Assembly: GCF_009914755.1 (NCBI RefSeq)
Contig: NC_060931.1
Strand: one strand, 5' to 3'
Length of the DNA: 64,000 bases
Source: the human T2T-CHM13v2.0 reference genome, Homo sapiens
Position numbers and translations under genes: made by a program
In this document: positions 16,693 to 33,360 of the stretch, piece by piece
Layout: each line of letters starts with the position of its first letter
How positions within the stretch are numbered: position 1 is the first letter of the stretch
Notes under the pieces: model-generated
Told to the model about the DNA's origin: nothing
The model's database searches: none
Seen by the model: the letters and a program-made list of their open reading frames with translations, nothing else

Positions 16693-16985
16693 GGCCAGGC
16701 GTGGTGGCTAGCACCTGTAGTCTCAGCTGCGAGGTCCCTTGAACCCAGGAGTTGGAAACCAACCTGGGCAACATAGCAAGATCCCGCCTTAACAAAAAAT
16801 AAAGGAATTAGCTGGATGTGATGCCTCATGCCTGTAGTCCCAGCTACTCAGGAGGCTTAGGCAGGAGGATCACTGGAGCCCAGGAGTTTGAGCCTGCAGT
16901 GAGCTGCGATTGCACCACTGCACTCCAGCTTGGGCAGCAGAGCAAGACTCTGTCTCAAAAAATAAATAAATACAAAAATAAAAAG
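16693..16985 (+). mobile_element. AluJ-like
   Basis: Diverged Alu. Confidence 0.9.
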
Positions 16986-19900
16986 AAGGCAACAGGTTGC
17001 ACGTGTGCTATTTTTGATAGGATGTGCAGAGAAGGCCTCTCTGAAGAGGTGACATCTGAGCAATATTGGAATGAAGGGAAGGAGTGGGCCCTGGAAACCT
17101 GTGCCAGGAGTTTCCCAGTCCTAAGGAACAGCATGCTGGGAAGCCTGGGGGTGGAGGTCCAGCTCCCAGGGACAAGCTTGAGGCTGGTGTGAGGACGCAA
17201 GACTGCAGGGGCTCAGCACTGTGGCCGCGTCTATCTGGGTAACCTACTCAAACGCACTGAGGAGTCTCTCTCTGTCTGGGCCCAGGGCTCTGCCCGCATG
17301 ACGGTGACCTCTGTCCCTACACAGGTGGCCTATTGCCTGCGTGTGCACACGTGTGTGTGTGTGTGAAGGGGGAGCCAAGGAACTGCGGAAAGCTGACCAT
17401 GGTGGATTGCATATTTGTTTTTAATTAGGGTGATGGCAGGCAGCTGTCACTGGTTTCTTTTTATTTATTTACTTTGTCCCTGCCTTCTGATTAAAATTTC
17501 TGGTGCTATTTGCTGATGCCAGAGGCAATCTTGGGTTCTGAAAACACAGCGGGGCCCAGCTGCTCCCCTTGGGCTGGCCCTTCATTTAGGACCATGTGAA
17601 GGAAACAGCAGGTGTCGGGGCAGTGCCCTCCACGTGATACTGCTCCAAGCTCTGTGTGCCAGCCTAGGGCCCTCATTAAGACCAGAATTCAGGGAAAAGA
17701 AAGGTACCTCCATCCCCAAGTCAAGCCAGTTGCTTGACTAAACTGACTGATATTTCCCCTCATTAAATTGATGCTCATTCATCATTTCAATGCAACAAAT
17801 ATTTCTTGGGACCCAGCACTGCAGAGGGTGCAAGCCCAGCTGATGGTCATGGGGAAGGTGTGTTGGCTGATGGCTGTTCTCATGGGCGGGGACCCATGCC
17901 CCAATTACTGCATATTTTAAATTATCACACTGCTAGAAAAAAAAGATGAACAAGAGAATGTCTCCACCCTCAAGGAGCAGGCACATTGTAAAAATACCCA
18001 TGAAACTGTCCAACTTATTTTGGACAGATGAAGTCGGAGCTTTGACAATTGGATAAACAAAGCACCAAGACATAAAGTGTATCCAAAAAATCAGCTTTTC
18101 TCAACACTTATCTCCCTGCGCTAAACCCACATGCCGCCTACCTCCTCTGTCTCTACCGACCCAGGAAAATTCACTGCCAAAATCTGTGCTGCTTTTTTTT
18201 TTCCTTTTAGTTTTCCCCAAGGTTTGCATTTGGAGCCACCGGAGATGGGGCTGACTTGCCAACATGCCCTCCAAGGACCCCATTCTGGCCTCCAGTTCAG
18301 GGCCTTCTTGGGGTTATCATTCTCCAGATTCCCCATCGACATGCCCCCTCCACCTCCTTACGAAACTTCTGGCTACATTTGGCTGCTGCGTCTCTCTTTA
18401 CAACTTGCAGCCTACTCCTCCCTCCTCTGAATGTCGCCGTCCCTCCTTCTGCCTGTCCCAACTCTAATTCTGCCTCAGAGTCTCCTTGAAATCCCCTTGG
18501 TCTCTGGGGACTCTCACGGCCACTAAGGCCATCATTTTCTAGGCACGACCCCATGCTTCTTAGGCCTTGGTCTCTTGTGGGCTCCCTATGACCTCCTGGT
18601 CCCCTCTTCCTCATTCAGGCTCAGCTCCCCCTTTTGAGCTCTGGTGACATAAGGTGGCCTTCTCCCCTCCCAGCTGGCTGGGGCAAGGGAAGAGCACGGG
18701 CAGTGGATCATGCCACAGGGTTTTGGAAAGTCTCCCCGTGCCAGTGTTGGGTGGGATGCTCCTGTGACCCACCCGAGGGCCAGGCGGGAGGGGCGGCTGG
18801 CTGGGGAGCAGACTCTGCAGGGCTCAGATGGGCCTGGGGTGGAGGGTGGGTGCACAGTGACCAAAAACCCAGCTTGGATTCATTCTGAGGCATCCATGGG
18901 GAGTGTGGGGGGGCGTGGAGCGGGTGGGGCACAGGTCCCCTGACCTCATCCAGCCCCTATTTCCTTTGCTTCCCCTGGATCTGGGGCCTCCTCCAGCTGC
19001 GGTTTGCAAATGTCAGGGCTCAGTGCAGATCGGGCTGGGTGGTGGTCTGCCTCTTTCTCTGCCCATTTTCTCAACTTGGGCCCGGGAGCGGACAGGGCAG
19101 GGCTGGACTGTCCCCTCAGCATAGGGGCTTCACGGAAAGCCTGTTTGGTGGAGGGTGTGAACCAGGAGGGTGGTCCCAAACTTCCCCTTCAGCCTTTCTC
19201 CTTGAAATAGACAGTGACTCACATGGAACAATGACGTGATCGCAGGAATATGCCCGGGGCTGACAGCCAGACCTGCAGGTCTTGGGGTGTGGGTGGGGTG
19301 CCCTGGAACTGGCAGCAGAGACCAGCAAAGTTGACTGTGATGGCTGAGACCTACTGTATGCTGCAGAGCAGAACTCTGGTTCCGAAGGCCTGAATGAGGG
19401 CAGTGGGTACAAAAGAAACAGATACATGGTGGGGAAAGATGAAGGGTCTGGAACAATAGGGATGGGTGGAAGAGCTCACAAGCGCCACGGAGACACCATC
19501 ACTGTGTCCTGCAGCTGCTCTTCCTGCAGGCTGCGGGGATGGGGAGGGCAGGCAGAGGAGGGAACAGAATGGAGGCTCCGAGTCTACCTGCTCATGGCAA
19601 GAGGAGGAAACTAAAGCCCACCTGGCAAGGTGAGGGCTCGGCTCCGGGTTCCCCAGCCACAGAGGGCTTAAGCCTGGCCCTGCCTTAAGCTCCTGGGAGC
19701 AGGGGCTCTTTCCTCAACCTTTCAGCTGCTGCCTGGGATCTGAAGAACTTGCCCCAGGAAAGCCGAGTGGGTGGGGTTCCCCCCTGGTGGGGTGGGGGTG
19801 ATTTGTGCAACACACGAAGGTAGGGACACAGAGGTCGAACAGGGGCCAGCAATTGGGATGCCTGGCAGATCCAGATCTACTGGCTGCCCCTCGCGTGGTC

Positions 19901-20349
19901 TCGTTCCTCTCTTCCTTCATCTGTGTGCCCATGGGGTGTGTTCTGTGTTGCCTTCTCCTCTTGCCTCCTGTCTCCTTTGCCTCCTCTTCTCTCTCCCTCC
20001 TCTGTTGAGCACTAATGCTGGCAAGGAGCCTGCCCTTGCCTCCTGATCCATTTTGGTTCCCAGTCAGTTTTGTTCTGCAGTCACCAGCATGGACTGCGGG
20101 AGCACTGTGAGGAGTGAGGCACCCGGAGATGAGGCTTCCACCTGGCAGATACTGGTATCTATGGGGAGAGACATCCATCCAACAGATGCTCATGTGACAG
20201 TAGGCACATGCCAGACTCTGGGCTAAGCATGGCCTGCCCCCGGCTCACCCTGTAGTGGGGAGATGGACACGTGTACAATTAAATCAGGTATTAAAGAGAA
20301 GGGGGTGAGTGCTCCAGGGGTGATGATCCTTTGTAGGAACAGTTCAGCT

Positions 20350-20516
20350 CTCTTCCTTCCCTCTTCTCTCCCTCCCCTTCATCCTCCGTCTCTCCTTTTC
20401 TCCCTCCCTCCCCTTCATCCTCCCTCTCTCCTTTTCTCCCTCCCTCCCTCTCTCCTTTCTTTCCTTCCTCTCGTCCTCCCTCTCTACTTTCTTTCCTTCC
20501 TTCCCTCATTCTTTCC
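20350..20516. repeat. CT-rich low-complexity tract
   Basis: Seen directly; includes two copies of CTCCCTCCCCTTCATCCTCC.TCTCTCCTTTTCTCC. Confidence 0.85.
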
Positions 20517-20524
20517 ATAGTCTC

Positions 20525-20960
20525 AAATATGTCCATTGAGCTCTGAACCTTAATTGCCAGCTTCTTGCCAGACACTTCCACCTGGATGTCCCACGGACAT
20601 CCCCAGGCAGCATGGCCCGGCCTGAACCCACTGTTTTCTTTTCCATACCTGTTTCTCAGGATTTGCCATTGCAGGTGAAAGCCCCACTCTGCAGCCCCAG
20701 GATAAATCTTGGGGGTTGTGTTCACCTCCTCTGTCTTCCTCATGTGCACACAGCCAGTAACAGAAGGGTGAAGACCCACCTCCAAGACTCTTTCTCATCT
20801 GCCCATCCCCTCTGCCTGTCCCCACGGCCATGATTACCTTGGGCTTTTATAGTCTCTCTCCTGGGCTTTTATAGTCTCTCTCCTGGACCACTACAGGGGT
20901 CTCCTGCCCTGTGTCCCCACAGTCTACTCCTTTAACGCTTAGCCCTGCTAAGAACATTTA
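20525..20960 (+). mobile_element. L2 fragment
   Basis: CACTTCCACCTGGATGTCCCACGGACATC...CTCTCTCCTGGACCACTAC. Confidence 0.5.
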
Positions 20961-20981
20961 TAAAACACAAATCATATTCTA

Positions 20982-21332
<351 letters not shown>

Positions 21333-21420
21333 TCATTGTGTGCCAGGACACTCTGTGTACTTCCAAAATATTAACCCATTTACTCCTCCTAACGCTCTTA
21401 AAAGGTCTGTATGGTTCTAA

Positions 21421-21976
21421 CCATATCTCATCAACTTAAAGGCACCCCCAATTGTAAGATGCGCCTAATTTTTGTAATACTAAGAGAAAAACTATGACAC
21501 AATGATTTCAGTCACATAAAATTGTAATTTTATATTTAATGAAAGTGCCCTTTTAGGTTTGTTAAACGTGGGTTTTCAAAATCATAGATCTATTCTGTGC
21601 ATACTTAGGGTGTTTATAAATGAAAGAAATGTTTAGATACACTTAAAATTTCCACATCCTCAGGGTGCCATCCTTCTGAATTGTTTTGAAACTCAGAGTC
21701 ATCATAACCCAGAGTTATGTTCTTCTGCATAATTTTTTCTGTGCCATTAAGGGATGCAGTATTTCTCAAAAGTGTGGATTTTCTTCCAAATGACATTAAT
21801 TCTTAGTATGTTTTCTATGACATTAGTAATTCTTAGTATGTTTGCACAAGTAATGAGAACTGTGTCATTGTGGCCACCCAGCCAATGAGTCTAAGATGAT
21901 TTTTAGATGTGTTAAAAACAAAACAAAACAAAACAAAACAAAACAAAACACACCGTGCATCTTATAATTGATGAAC
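21421..21976. mobile_element. TcMar-Tc2 (Kanga/MER104-like) DNA transposon inserted in a MIR
   Basis: Degenerate terminal inverted repeats CCATATCTCATCAACTTAAAGGCAC and GTGCATCTTATAATTGATGAA; MIR-like flanks. Confidence 0.5.
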
Positions 21977-22211
21977 CACTTTATCCCATTTTACAGATAG
22001 CAGAACCAAGGCCTAGAGAGATTAAGTATCTTTCCCCAGGTCACATAGCCAGTCAGTGGCAGAACTGGCATTGGAAGCCAGGCAATCTGCCTCTGAGGGC
22101 TGCACTTCTAACCATCACCAGAATGTTGCTTTACTCTAAAGCCCTCGTTAGAAATCCATTTTCTAGGGCAAAGGAAATCCAAACTCTTTCCTCAACATTC
22201 AAACCTTTTGA

Positions 22212-22560
<349 letters not shown>

Positions 22561-23890
22561 TAGGCTTATCAGCTCTCAAATGTCTTGTGCTCTGGCCTGC
22601 TCTGAGCTGCAGATGGTCTCAGGCCTGTGGTATCTGGGCTCACACTCGGGAGCCCTCCCGTAGAAGACAGCTCAGACACCACGGGCTTGGCTTTAGCACC
22701 ACCTTCTTTGAGACGTCTCCCTGACCCTTGCTGGTGGTCTTGCAGAATATAACCTGCTGAATGTAGCAGTGGGCCCCTTGGGCCAGGGGCTGGCTTCAGC
22801 CTGGGTGCTTCTATCCCAGCCTGGTGCCTGCATCTGTGACCTTGACAACACCAACCTCCCTTCTTCCCACCTGGAGAGACAGAAAACCTGATAGTTTGAG
22901 AAGCATTTTGGAGATCTGGAACGTTCTATAGTTGCCACCTGGGTGTTGAGCAGCTGGGGACCTGCTGTTTATGTAATAATATCCTGTCCGTGGGGGTATG
23001 TGCCTAGTGTCATAGTGAGCTATGGGAAAACACCTGATTCGGCATGTTGTAAACCTAGGACACCCTTCACCCTGAAACCCCTCTGACCTAGCAACTCATG
23101 GGACACAATGACTCAGGCATTGCTGCCGGAGGACTCATGGGTGTATGTGTGTGTGCAGGGTGGGGAGGAAGTGTTGGCGACATATCTTCTTCTTTTCTGC
23201 TATAAATCTCATTTCCTGTGGCTGACAAATTCCAAAGGAGGCTCCAGGACCCTCTCTTCCCAGTTCCTGCCCTGGGGCTTCGTGCCAGCAGCCCCAGCAG
23301 GAGATGCTCCAGCCAGAGCCAGCTCAGGGCTCCAGCATCCTCCTCCAAGCACTGTGGTGGAAAAAGCCATGTGGGAGAAGCCGAGGAGGAATGTTCCAGG
23401 CCTGCTCAGTTATTAAAGACCTCTCAAGATAATGAAGTACAGGCAAGAACAAAGAGGCAGAAAAGCAGCTAAATTAAAAATGCTATTCTCTGCACTTGGA
23501 CCATCAGGCCCTGGCAAAGCCATTTGGCAGATATTCAGGTCATTTGGATGAGGGAGTTTCTGGCTTCTTCAGGCAGGAGGGTCTCTCGGTGAACATGAGA
23601 GTGTAGAAAGTGTCCCACTGGCTCAGGTCTGTGGTCCGCTGAGCAGAGGGGCTGTGTCCCTCTCTTAGAAGGAGCGAGCGCCCTGGCTTTGTGGGTGATC
23701 AATCTCCCTGATGTCAACTTTAAAGATAAGGGATTTATCCTCCAAATCCCACCTTGCACTTAATATTCCACTAGGGACAGACTTTCTGATTTTATTTAAA
23801 AGTTTTGGTGTCAGTTTATATAGCAACAGGGACTGTCTCTTGAGAGTATTTATGACTCAAGTTGTGCTTTCTTTCCTTGTTCTTAACCCA

Positions 23891-24143
23891 TCTCTCTCTC
23901 TCTTTCTTTCTTTCCTTCTTTCATTTCTCTCTCTTTCTCTCTTCCTTCCTCCCTCCCTCCCTCACTCCTTCCCTTCTTTTTTCTTTCCTTCTTTCTTTCC
24001 TTCCTTCCTTCCTTCCTTCTTCCTTCCTTCCCTCCTTCCTTCCTTTCCTTTCCTTCTTTCCTTCTTTCTTTCTTTCTCCTTCCTTCCTTCCTTCCTTCCT
24101 TCCTTCCTTCCTTCCTTCCTTCCTTCCTTCCTTCCTTCCTCTC

Positions 24144-24219
<76 letters not shown>

Positions 24220-24236
24220 TCCTTCTTTCTTTTCTT
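23891..24236. repeat. Compound pyrimidine microsatellite (CCTT)n(CT)n(CTTT)n; expanded Alu tail
   Basis: Seen directly. Confidence 0.95.
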
Positions 24237-24533
24237 TACAGGGTCCCACTCTGTCACCCAGGCTAGAGTGCAGTGGCACTATCTTGGGCTCACTGCCTCC
24301 TCTACCCACTACAGCCTCCACCTCCCGGGTTCAAGTGATTCTTGTGCCTCAGCCTCTTGACTATCTGGGACTACAGGCATGCACCACCATGCCCAGCTAA
24401 TTTTTGTATTTTTAGTAGAGACGGGGTTTCACCATGTTGGCCAGGCTGGTCTCGAACTCTTGGCCTCAAGTGATCCGCCCACCTTGGCCTCCCAAAATGC
24501 TGGGATTACAGGTGTGAGCCACCACACTCGGCT
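24237..24533 (-). mobile_element. Alu
   Basis: Reverse Alu; TSD TTAACC(CA/TA). Confidence 0.92.
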
Positions 24534-25294
24534 TAACCTACCTCTTTCTAAGCTTTCTACTGGTGCCTTGGAATTTGGAGAACCGGCTAGCCACATTGGA
24601 GATCACAGCTATTATTGTTTGAAAAGATTGAATATATATGTATACATATTTAATTGAGAGGTATTGTATCTATGCTTTAAATTCAGGTTTTTACAGTTGG
24701 AGTTCAAGCCACTTCTCATCACCAGGCTTTAAGAGAGAAAATTTTTTGTTGGCCTTCCTGGGGAGAAGGTATGAGTTAAAGAGGACGTGGAGAAATAATT
24801 TTTTAGGCCTCTTGTGGAGAGCTAAATTATACTGATTTATGAACCACTGGCAAACACACAATATTGGAACTGTTTCTTGTTGGCGGCACTCCTGCAAACA
24901 TGGTGGGCCACCACCTGAGGATCAGATGAGGGGGAGGGCATCCTCATTCTTCCCTCCTGCCAACCGTCCCTGGTCCAGGCATCTGACTCCTCCACCGCCA
25001 TGCTTCAACTTGGTAGAGAAATAGACATCAGCCTTGCTCACCCCTCCCTCCACTGAATGACCATCCCTTTGGTCCTCACCCCGACTTGGGGTGAAGGGAC
25101 AAGACAACAACCTAGGACATGCCAAGACCAGGGAAGTCTTTGAGGCAAAAGAGCTCTGTGACCTCCCCTTTACCAAGGTGACTATAGATTAAAGAGCTCT
25201 CCTGGGACAGGCCATATGTGACTGAGAAATGGTTAATGTTGGCTTTAAGTGTTTTATCTGCAGGGAGGGACTCTTGGGACGCCCTGAGGTTTGA

Positions 25295-25673
<379 letters not shown>

Positions 25674-26047
25674 TCTCATGCAAACTTTTCATGCAGAAAG
25701 CATACGAAGGCTTTGGGTTGGCCTCTTTCTTTCCTTTAAGTCAGGGTGTGACACGGGTGTGGAATAGCATGACAATTTCCACTAAGGGATCCAGTGCTGC
25801 TGTAATTGTTGGTCTTGGCCTCTGTCCTGACTAATGTGATCGTGAACTACCAGAAGGGAAGATGACGATCGCCAAGGAGTACGTGGGAAATGCGCTCCCC
25901 GCGCCAGCACAGGAGGTGGTCCGGAGATAGGAGGGCCAAGCTGCACACAGAAGCAAGAGGAAGGGCTGCGAGGAAGGCCTGGGAGCAGGCCCAGGGTGGG
26001 TGCAGGAGAGAGGCAAGAGCAGAGCTGAGGAAAGGAGCCACAGATAG

Positions 26048-26605
<558 letters not shown>

Positions 26606-28285
26606 TGAGGATGGGAGAAAAGAGGCAGAAGGGATGCCTGGAAGCATCTGCTGAAAACTTTAAACTTGAGCTGCCTTCAGCCACCACAGGGCATGCCTGG
26701 GCTGGGGCTTTTCTTTGTCTTTGAGGGTCAGGCCCATGCCCAGCCGAGCATTCTAGAGCAGGGAGGAAGCTAGAGGACATCTGCTCCCATCCCCTCATTT
26801 TAGAGTTGGGAAAACTGCCACCTGGAGAGAGTAAATGACCTGCTGAAGCTCACACAGCTTAGGACTCCTGACTCTTGGGCTACTGCCCTTTCTACTGAGC
26901 CATTTGGTCTCAGAGGGGCCAGTCCTCAGCAGCATCTCCTCACTGGCAGGCCATGGCCCTCTTGGTACCAGGACTTGTGTCCTCCAAGGTGGACAACCAG
27001 AGCAAGGCCACTGTCTCTGGAAAGTTGCCATTGGAATGAACATGTGAGCGCCTAAAGGGAAGGGGGTGGTAGGAGTACATGAGGACTCCTGAAGATAGGG
27101 AGTTTTAAGTCGAAGACATGAATGTCTAAGGGTGAAATTGTGAGTATCAGCCAGCTGGTGAGAGTATTATTTCTCTAGTGCCCTCAAGTGTCTTCCCAGT
27201 CCTGGGCGTTTACACTGGCGTGGGCCCTGATGCTGATGGTGTGTAGCCCCCTATTCAAACTACCTGGCTCACATGGCCACATCTGCGTAGGTCTGGGAGC
27301 AGATGGACTTGGTCATCTCAGAGGGTGGAGAATAGGACACAGAGCGGACAAAAGAGGATGTGCCAGAGAGGCCTGGGGGACCTGCTGTGGGGTTTGGGGT
27401 CCTGGATGAACCTGCTGACTGGGATACCCTGCTGTGGGCCCTGCAGGCAGCTCAGGGTGAGCACTTCCAGGAGACAGAGCCTCACTCCCCCAAAGCCCCC
27501 TTATCACCATCACAGGGAGAGCACCAGAGCCGTGAGAGCAGGTACCACCACCCCAGGCCACATTCCTCTCATAAGTGGAATAACACAATGGCCCTTTTAA
27601 CTTAAACTTCCTTCTTAATTGACTGCTGCGGAGAGAGCAGTCCATCATCCCCCCACCTCCACCCCCACCTCTCCTGCTCTGGGCCCTGTTTATGGTGCTG
27701 ATGAGCAGGGCGGGGGAGCTTCCTGGCTGGGCTGACATGATGATAAAGGGCAAAGCCCTGCACGCCTTGCCAGCCCCTGGCTGGGGGCTGTGGCTGGAGC
27801 CGCCTCGTACCCGAGACCCTGATGTTTAGAGAAACTTCAGGCGGACTTGTGGGCTCCCACGTTCCTGGTACAACTTGGGAATTATGTTGAATCGTGTTGG
27901 TGAGGATCCCTGGAATCCCAGTGGTCCCATTCCCCAGCATCCCTCTCTAGATGTTTACAAGCCAGGTGATGGGCTCGGTGTTGGAGAGAGAAACATTGGC
28001 TCCCCTAGAAAGGGAACACGGTGGTCCCAGGACTCCACAGTCAGGTCTTGGCCAGTCTTGGGTGGAAAACCCAAACCCAGAGCGTCTACTAGGTGGATTA
28101 GGGACAAAGACTGCAAATCCCGATGTATCTGTGAGGCCAACCCTGGGTCTTGGCATTGGGTGGGCAGGCCCCTCGTCAGCCTCAGGATCTGTGTCAGGGT
28201 CTGTATCAGCAGCGGCACCTGCAGGAAGCAGCTGCACCTCCCATCACCTCTCAGGCCCAGAAGGTACAGAACATTGTACCCCGAG

Positions 28286-28379
28286 ATGTTAGCCGGTGGG
28301 AAGAGGAAGGGAAGATGGTGGAAATGGATTCCATGTTAGCCGCTGGGAAGAGGAAGGGAAGATGGTGGAAATGGATTCC
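28286..28379. repeat. 47-bp tandem duplication (2 copies, 1 mismatch)
   Basis: ATGTTAGCCG(G/C)TGGGAAGAGGAAGGGAAGATGGTGGAAATGGATTCC x2. Confidence 0.95.
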
Positions 28380-28869
28380 GAGGAAAGCCAGCTCTGCCTG
28401 AGGGGGATCTTATCAGAGCTGGGGCCAGGGCCTATTGCTCTGCAGACAGTGGGAGTTCAGCAAACAACAGCGACAATTAACATGTATTGAGTATCCAGTG
28501 TTGTTATCTGACAGACACACCTCTACATGCTTTGTAAAATATCTCTTTATCCTTGTAACAATCCTCTGATTCTTAATTGGTTTTATTTTTAACAGGTCAA
28601 GTCACTGAGGTGCAGAGACACTGCCTTTCTGTCCTAAAGTCCAGTTCAGGCCAGCTCTCTCCAGAGTTCCAGGCTTTTGGTCTCCGTCTGCAGATCTCCT
28701 TTGCTTTGAATGAGTCTGTCCCTGAGGAGGGCTAGGAGCAACCTTGAGAAGGAACATGATGGTCACTAATTCAGCCAGAACACTCTCAAGGTGCATTCTG
28801 AGCGAGGCTGATGCCAGGTGCAGAACAAACACCTCTTGCGCCTGGGAGCTTCCTGAAGTTTGGAGAATG

Positions 28870-29718
<849 letters not shown>

Positions 29719-29755
29719 AAGAATAGGACCTATAGATAGAAAATTGCTGGTGGAG

Positions 29756-30349
<594 letters not shown>

Positions 30350-30830
30350 ATAACTGGTGGAGCACAATTTTTCCACACTGCAGGGGAGTGAGTGCGGTAG
30401 GAGTCTGGAGGAGTGAACGTTCTTGTGGCCTGGGGCAGACGGAGAGGTCTTCCTGAAGGTCATGGGATCTGAGACCGTGAAGGACAGTGGGAACTCACAT
30501 GTCTGAGTAGCTCCTAGCACGGTGCCTGAAGCATTTTTGAACAGAACTGAACTGGAATGCTTGATGCTGCCTGGTGTTCAACAATAGCTTCCAACCCCCT
30601 TCCTAGGCCTGGGTCCCAAGCAGGCCCCTTGGACTGTTGGGGAAGAGGCAGTCACTGTGCTGGGATATGTCCCTCCATGGGACCCCCCTGCCTTTTGCAG
30701 CGTTCACACAGCCCTTCTTATGTGTCAGATGGACCAGGTATGAGTGTATGCATCTTAGGTCTCTAGTGGATTCTGGGTCAAGCATGTGCCATGGGTCACA
30801 TGTCAGGTGGCGCAGGTATGAGTGTGCACA

Positions 30831-31141
<311 letters not shown>

Positions 31142-31426
31142 TAGTGGATTCTGGGTTAAGCATCCTTGCACACCACCACCACCTGCCTCCGCTCTCCCCA
31201 GTGCCTAAAACCATGCTTTGCATAGAGAGGGGGTCTAAATAAATATTGTTGACTGAATAAATGAATGAATGTATGAATGAATCTAATTCTGTCAATGTTT
31301 GAGCACCTGATGTGCTTAGCACCTTGAGAGGAGCCAGGGATACAGAGGCAGGACCTGCCCTTATTCAGGAGCTCCCAGGCAGGTGAAGCTGACCATCACC
31401 CAAAGGACCGTAGCCCAGCGGCTCAA

Positions 31427-31643
31427 GACTGATACAAAGAATAGGACCTATAAATAGAAAATTACCAGTGGAGGCTGGGCGCGGTGGCTCATGCCTGTAA
31501 TCCTGGCACTTTGGGAGGTTGAGGCAGGCGGATCACGAGGTCAAGAGATCGAGACCATCCTGGCCAACATGGTGAAACCCTACTAAAAATGCAAAAATTA
31601 GGCCAGGTGTGGTGGCTCATGCCTGTAATCCCAGCACTTTGGG
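31427..31643 (+). repeat. Dispersed direct duplicate of 29709-29925 (non-Alu flank + Alu left arm + nested-Alu junction)
   Basis: 217 bp with about 15 mismatches by hand count. Confidence 0.9.
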
Positions 31644-33360
31644 TGATGTAGCCAGGGTGACGCAGCCCCTAGGACAGAGGGTCAGAGAAAGCCCCCCTCG
31701 CTGGAGACTGCATCTGAATGGAGTCTAGGTTTTGCCTAGTGGTAGGAGTGGAGGGAAGGACTCTCATTTTAGGCAGAGGGACTGCACGAAGAAAGTGAGT
31801 AAAAAGTGCGTGGTGCCTTTGGAAACGACTAACGTGGCCTTGCTGAGGAGAAGGGCGCTTTGCAGAGTGTGAGAGCAGCCTCTGAAAGGTGGTTAAAATG
31901 GATTAGGAAGGGCTCGGAGGCCGTGGGGGACCATGGAAGATTTTGGAATCAGGAAGTCACATGTGCGGATAGATCTATGATTTGGAGAAATACCTCTGGT
32001 GGTTGGTGTCCGGGAGGGCTCGGAAGCTTAGTGGCCATTTGAGTTACACTGTGGTCATCCAGGCCACAGAGCCACATGCCTGAGTGAGGGCCGGGCATGG
32101 TGGTGGGGATGGTGAGAGGACAGTGGGGAGAGGCACGCTGAAAGGAGAACTCTTCCACCTAGTCACTTCCCCTGGGAAATGAGCATGGGTGAAGTCAGAG
32201 AGGATGAATGTCTGGCTGCCAAATGCTGTGGCATTTAAGGAGATGGAACCCAGGAGAGGGAGCCAGTCTGGGGAAGGAAGTAATTATTTTGGCGTCAGTC
32301 AAGCTAAGTTTTGTGTCTGTAGGACAGTCACAGGGGTGTGGGTTCTGTAGTCAGTTGGCCTCTTTAGCCCAGAGCTGGATTAGAGCTGGAGGTGGTGCTG
32401 GGTCCCCTCTGGAAGGGGGTGATGGTTCCAGTCCAGGGGAGCGTGAGGTGGGAGGACCAGATGGCTGAAGATGAAGCCTTGGCTATCCCAGCTTAGAAGG
32501 GGTGGCCATTGTAGGTACCAGAAAACAGGGATGGCAGGAGGCGCAGAGGAGAGACTGAGGACATCCCAGAGACAGGGACACTGAAGCTCGGAGAAGAGAG
32601 AATGATCAGCTCAGAGTCTGAGCACACAGGGAGCCCCATCCAGGCCGCCTAACTGAAGCTGGGTTATTTTAATGTAAACCATCGTGGTGGTCAAGCAAAG
32701 CATCACTCCCCCTGCCATGTAGTTTTGACAGTTTGGGCAGATGGAGATGGATTGTGTAAGGGCTAGCAGCTGATAGAGAGTTCAGAAGGTCCAGGGTGGG
32801 CCTTGGGTGACAGCAGGTATAATAGCCACGAGGCTGGCCAATCCTGGGAGCACAGGTTCCTGCTTATAGACGAGACAGGTACAGGGGCCCCGGGGCTGCC
32901 ACACTTGGGAAGGGAACACCCGGGTTCTCTTTGTGGTTCTGTCAGTGATTAGGGTCTTCAGAAATCTCTGCGTCTCAGCTGTCTCGTGTGTAAACAGCTC
33001 CTGACTCTCTTGAGCTGCTTAGGAAGCTAAAAATACTCCACCTTTTAGAGAAAGGGCACCTTGTAACTTAGGGAATTAATTCCCACATCCTTCCTACACT
33101 GACTCCTTAAGTCATAATTCAGCAAAGACGAGCAGGGATTTCCTCCTCCCTCTCCCTACTGGTTCTCTATTACAGATCGGGGATGTGGAGACTGGGGAAA
33201 GGCAGGTCTAGCCCCCAGCCCTTCCGTGCCAGTTCAGAGTGTTTCTCAGCTACTCCCGGATATGGTGCTGTCTTCAAGGCCCTCTTCTTTCTGAGAGAGC
33301 CTTCTGGAAAGGTCAGTGTGCCCCAGGGGGCAAAGGTGCAGAAGATCTGGGTAGAGTGCA

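Noticed and set aside
19215-19238. AP-1 (TGACTCA) next to TGACGTG
   Set aside because: TGACTCA occurs many times in the window; there is no further support.
23711-24400. 229-aa Ser/Phe/Leu ORF and KER/KEGR ORFs
   Set aside because: Microsatellite and Alu translation.
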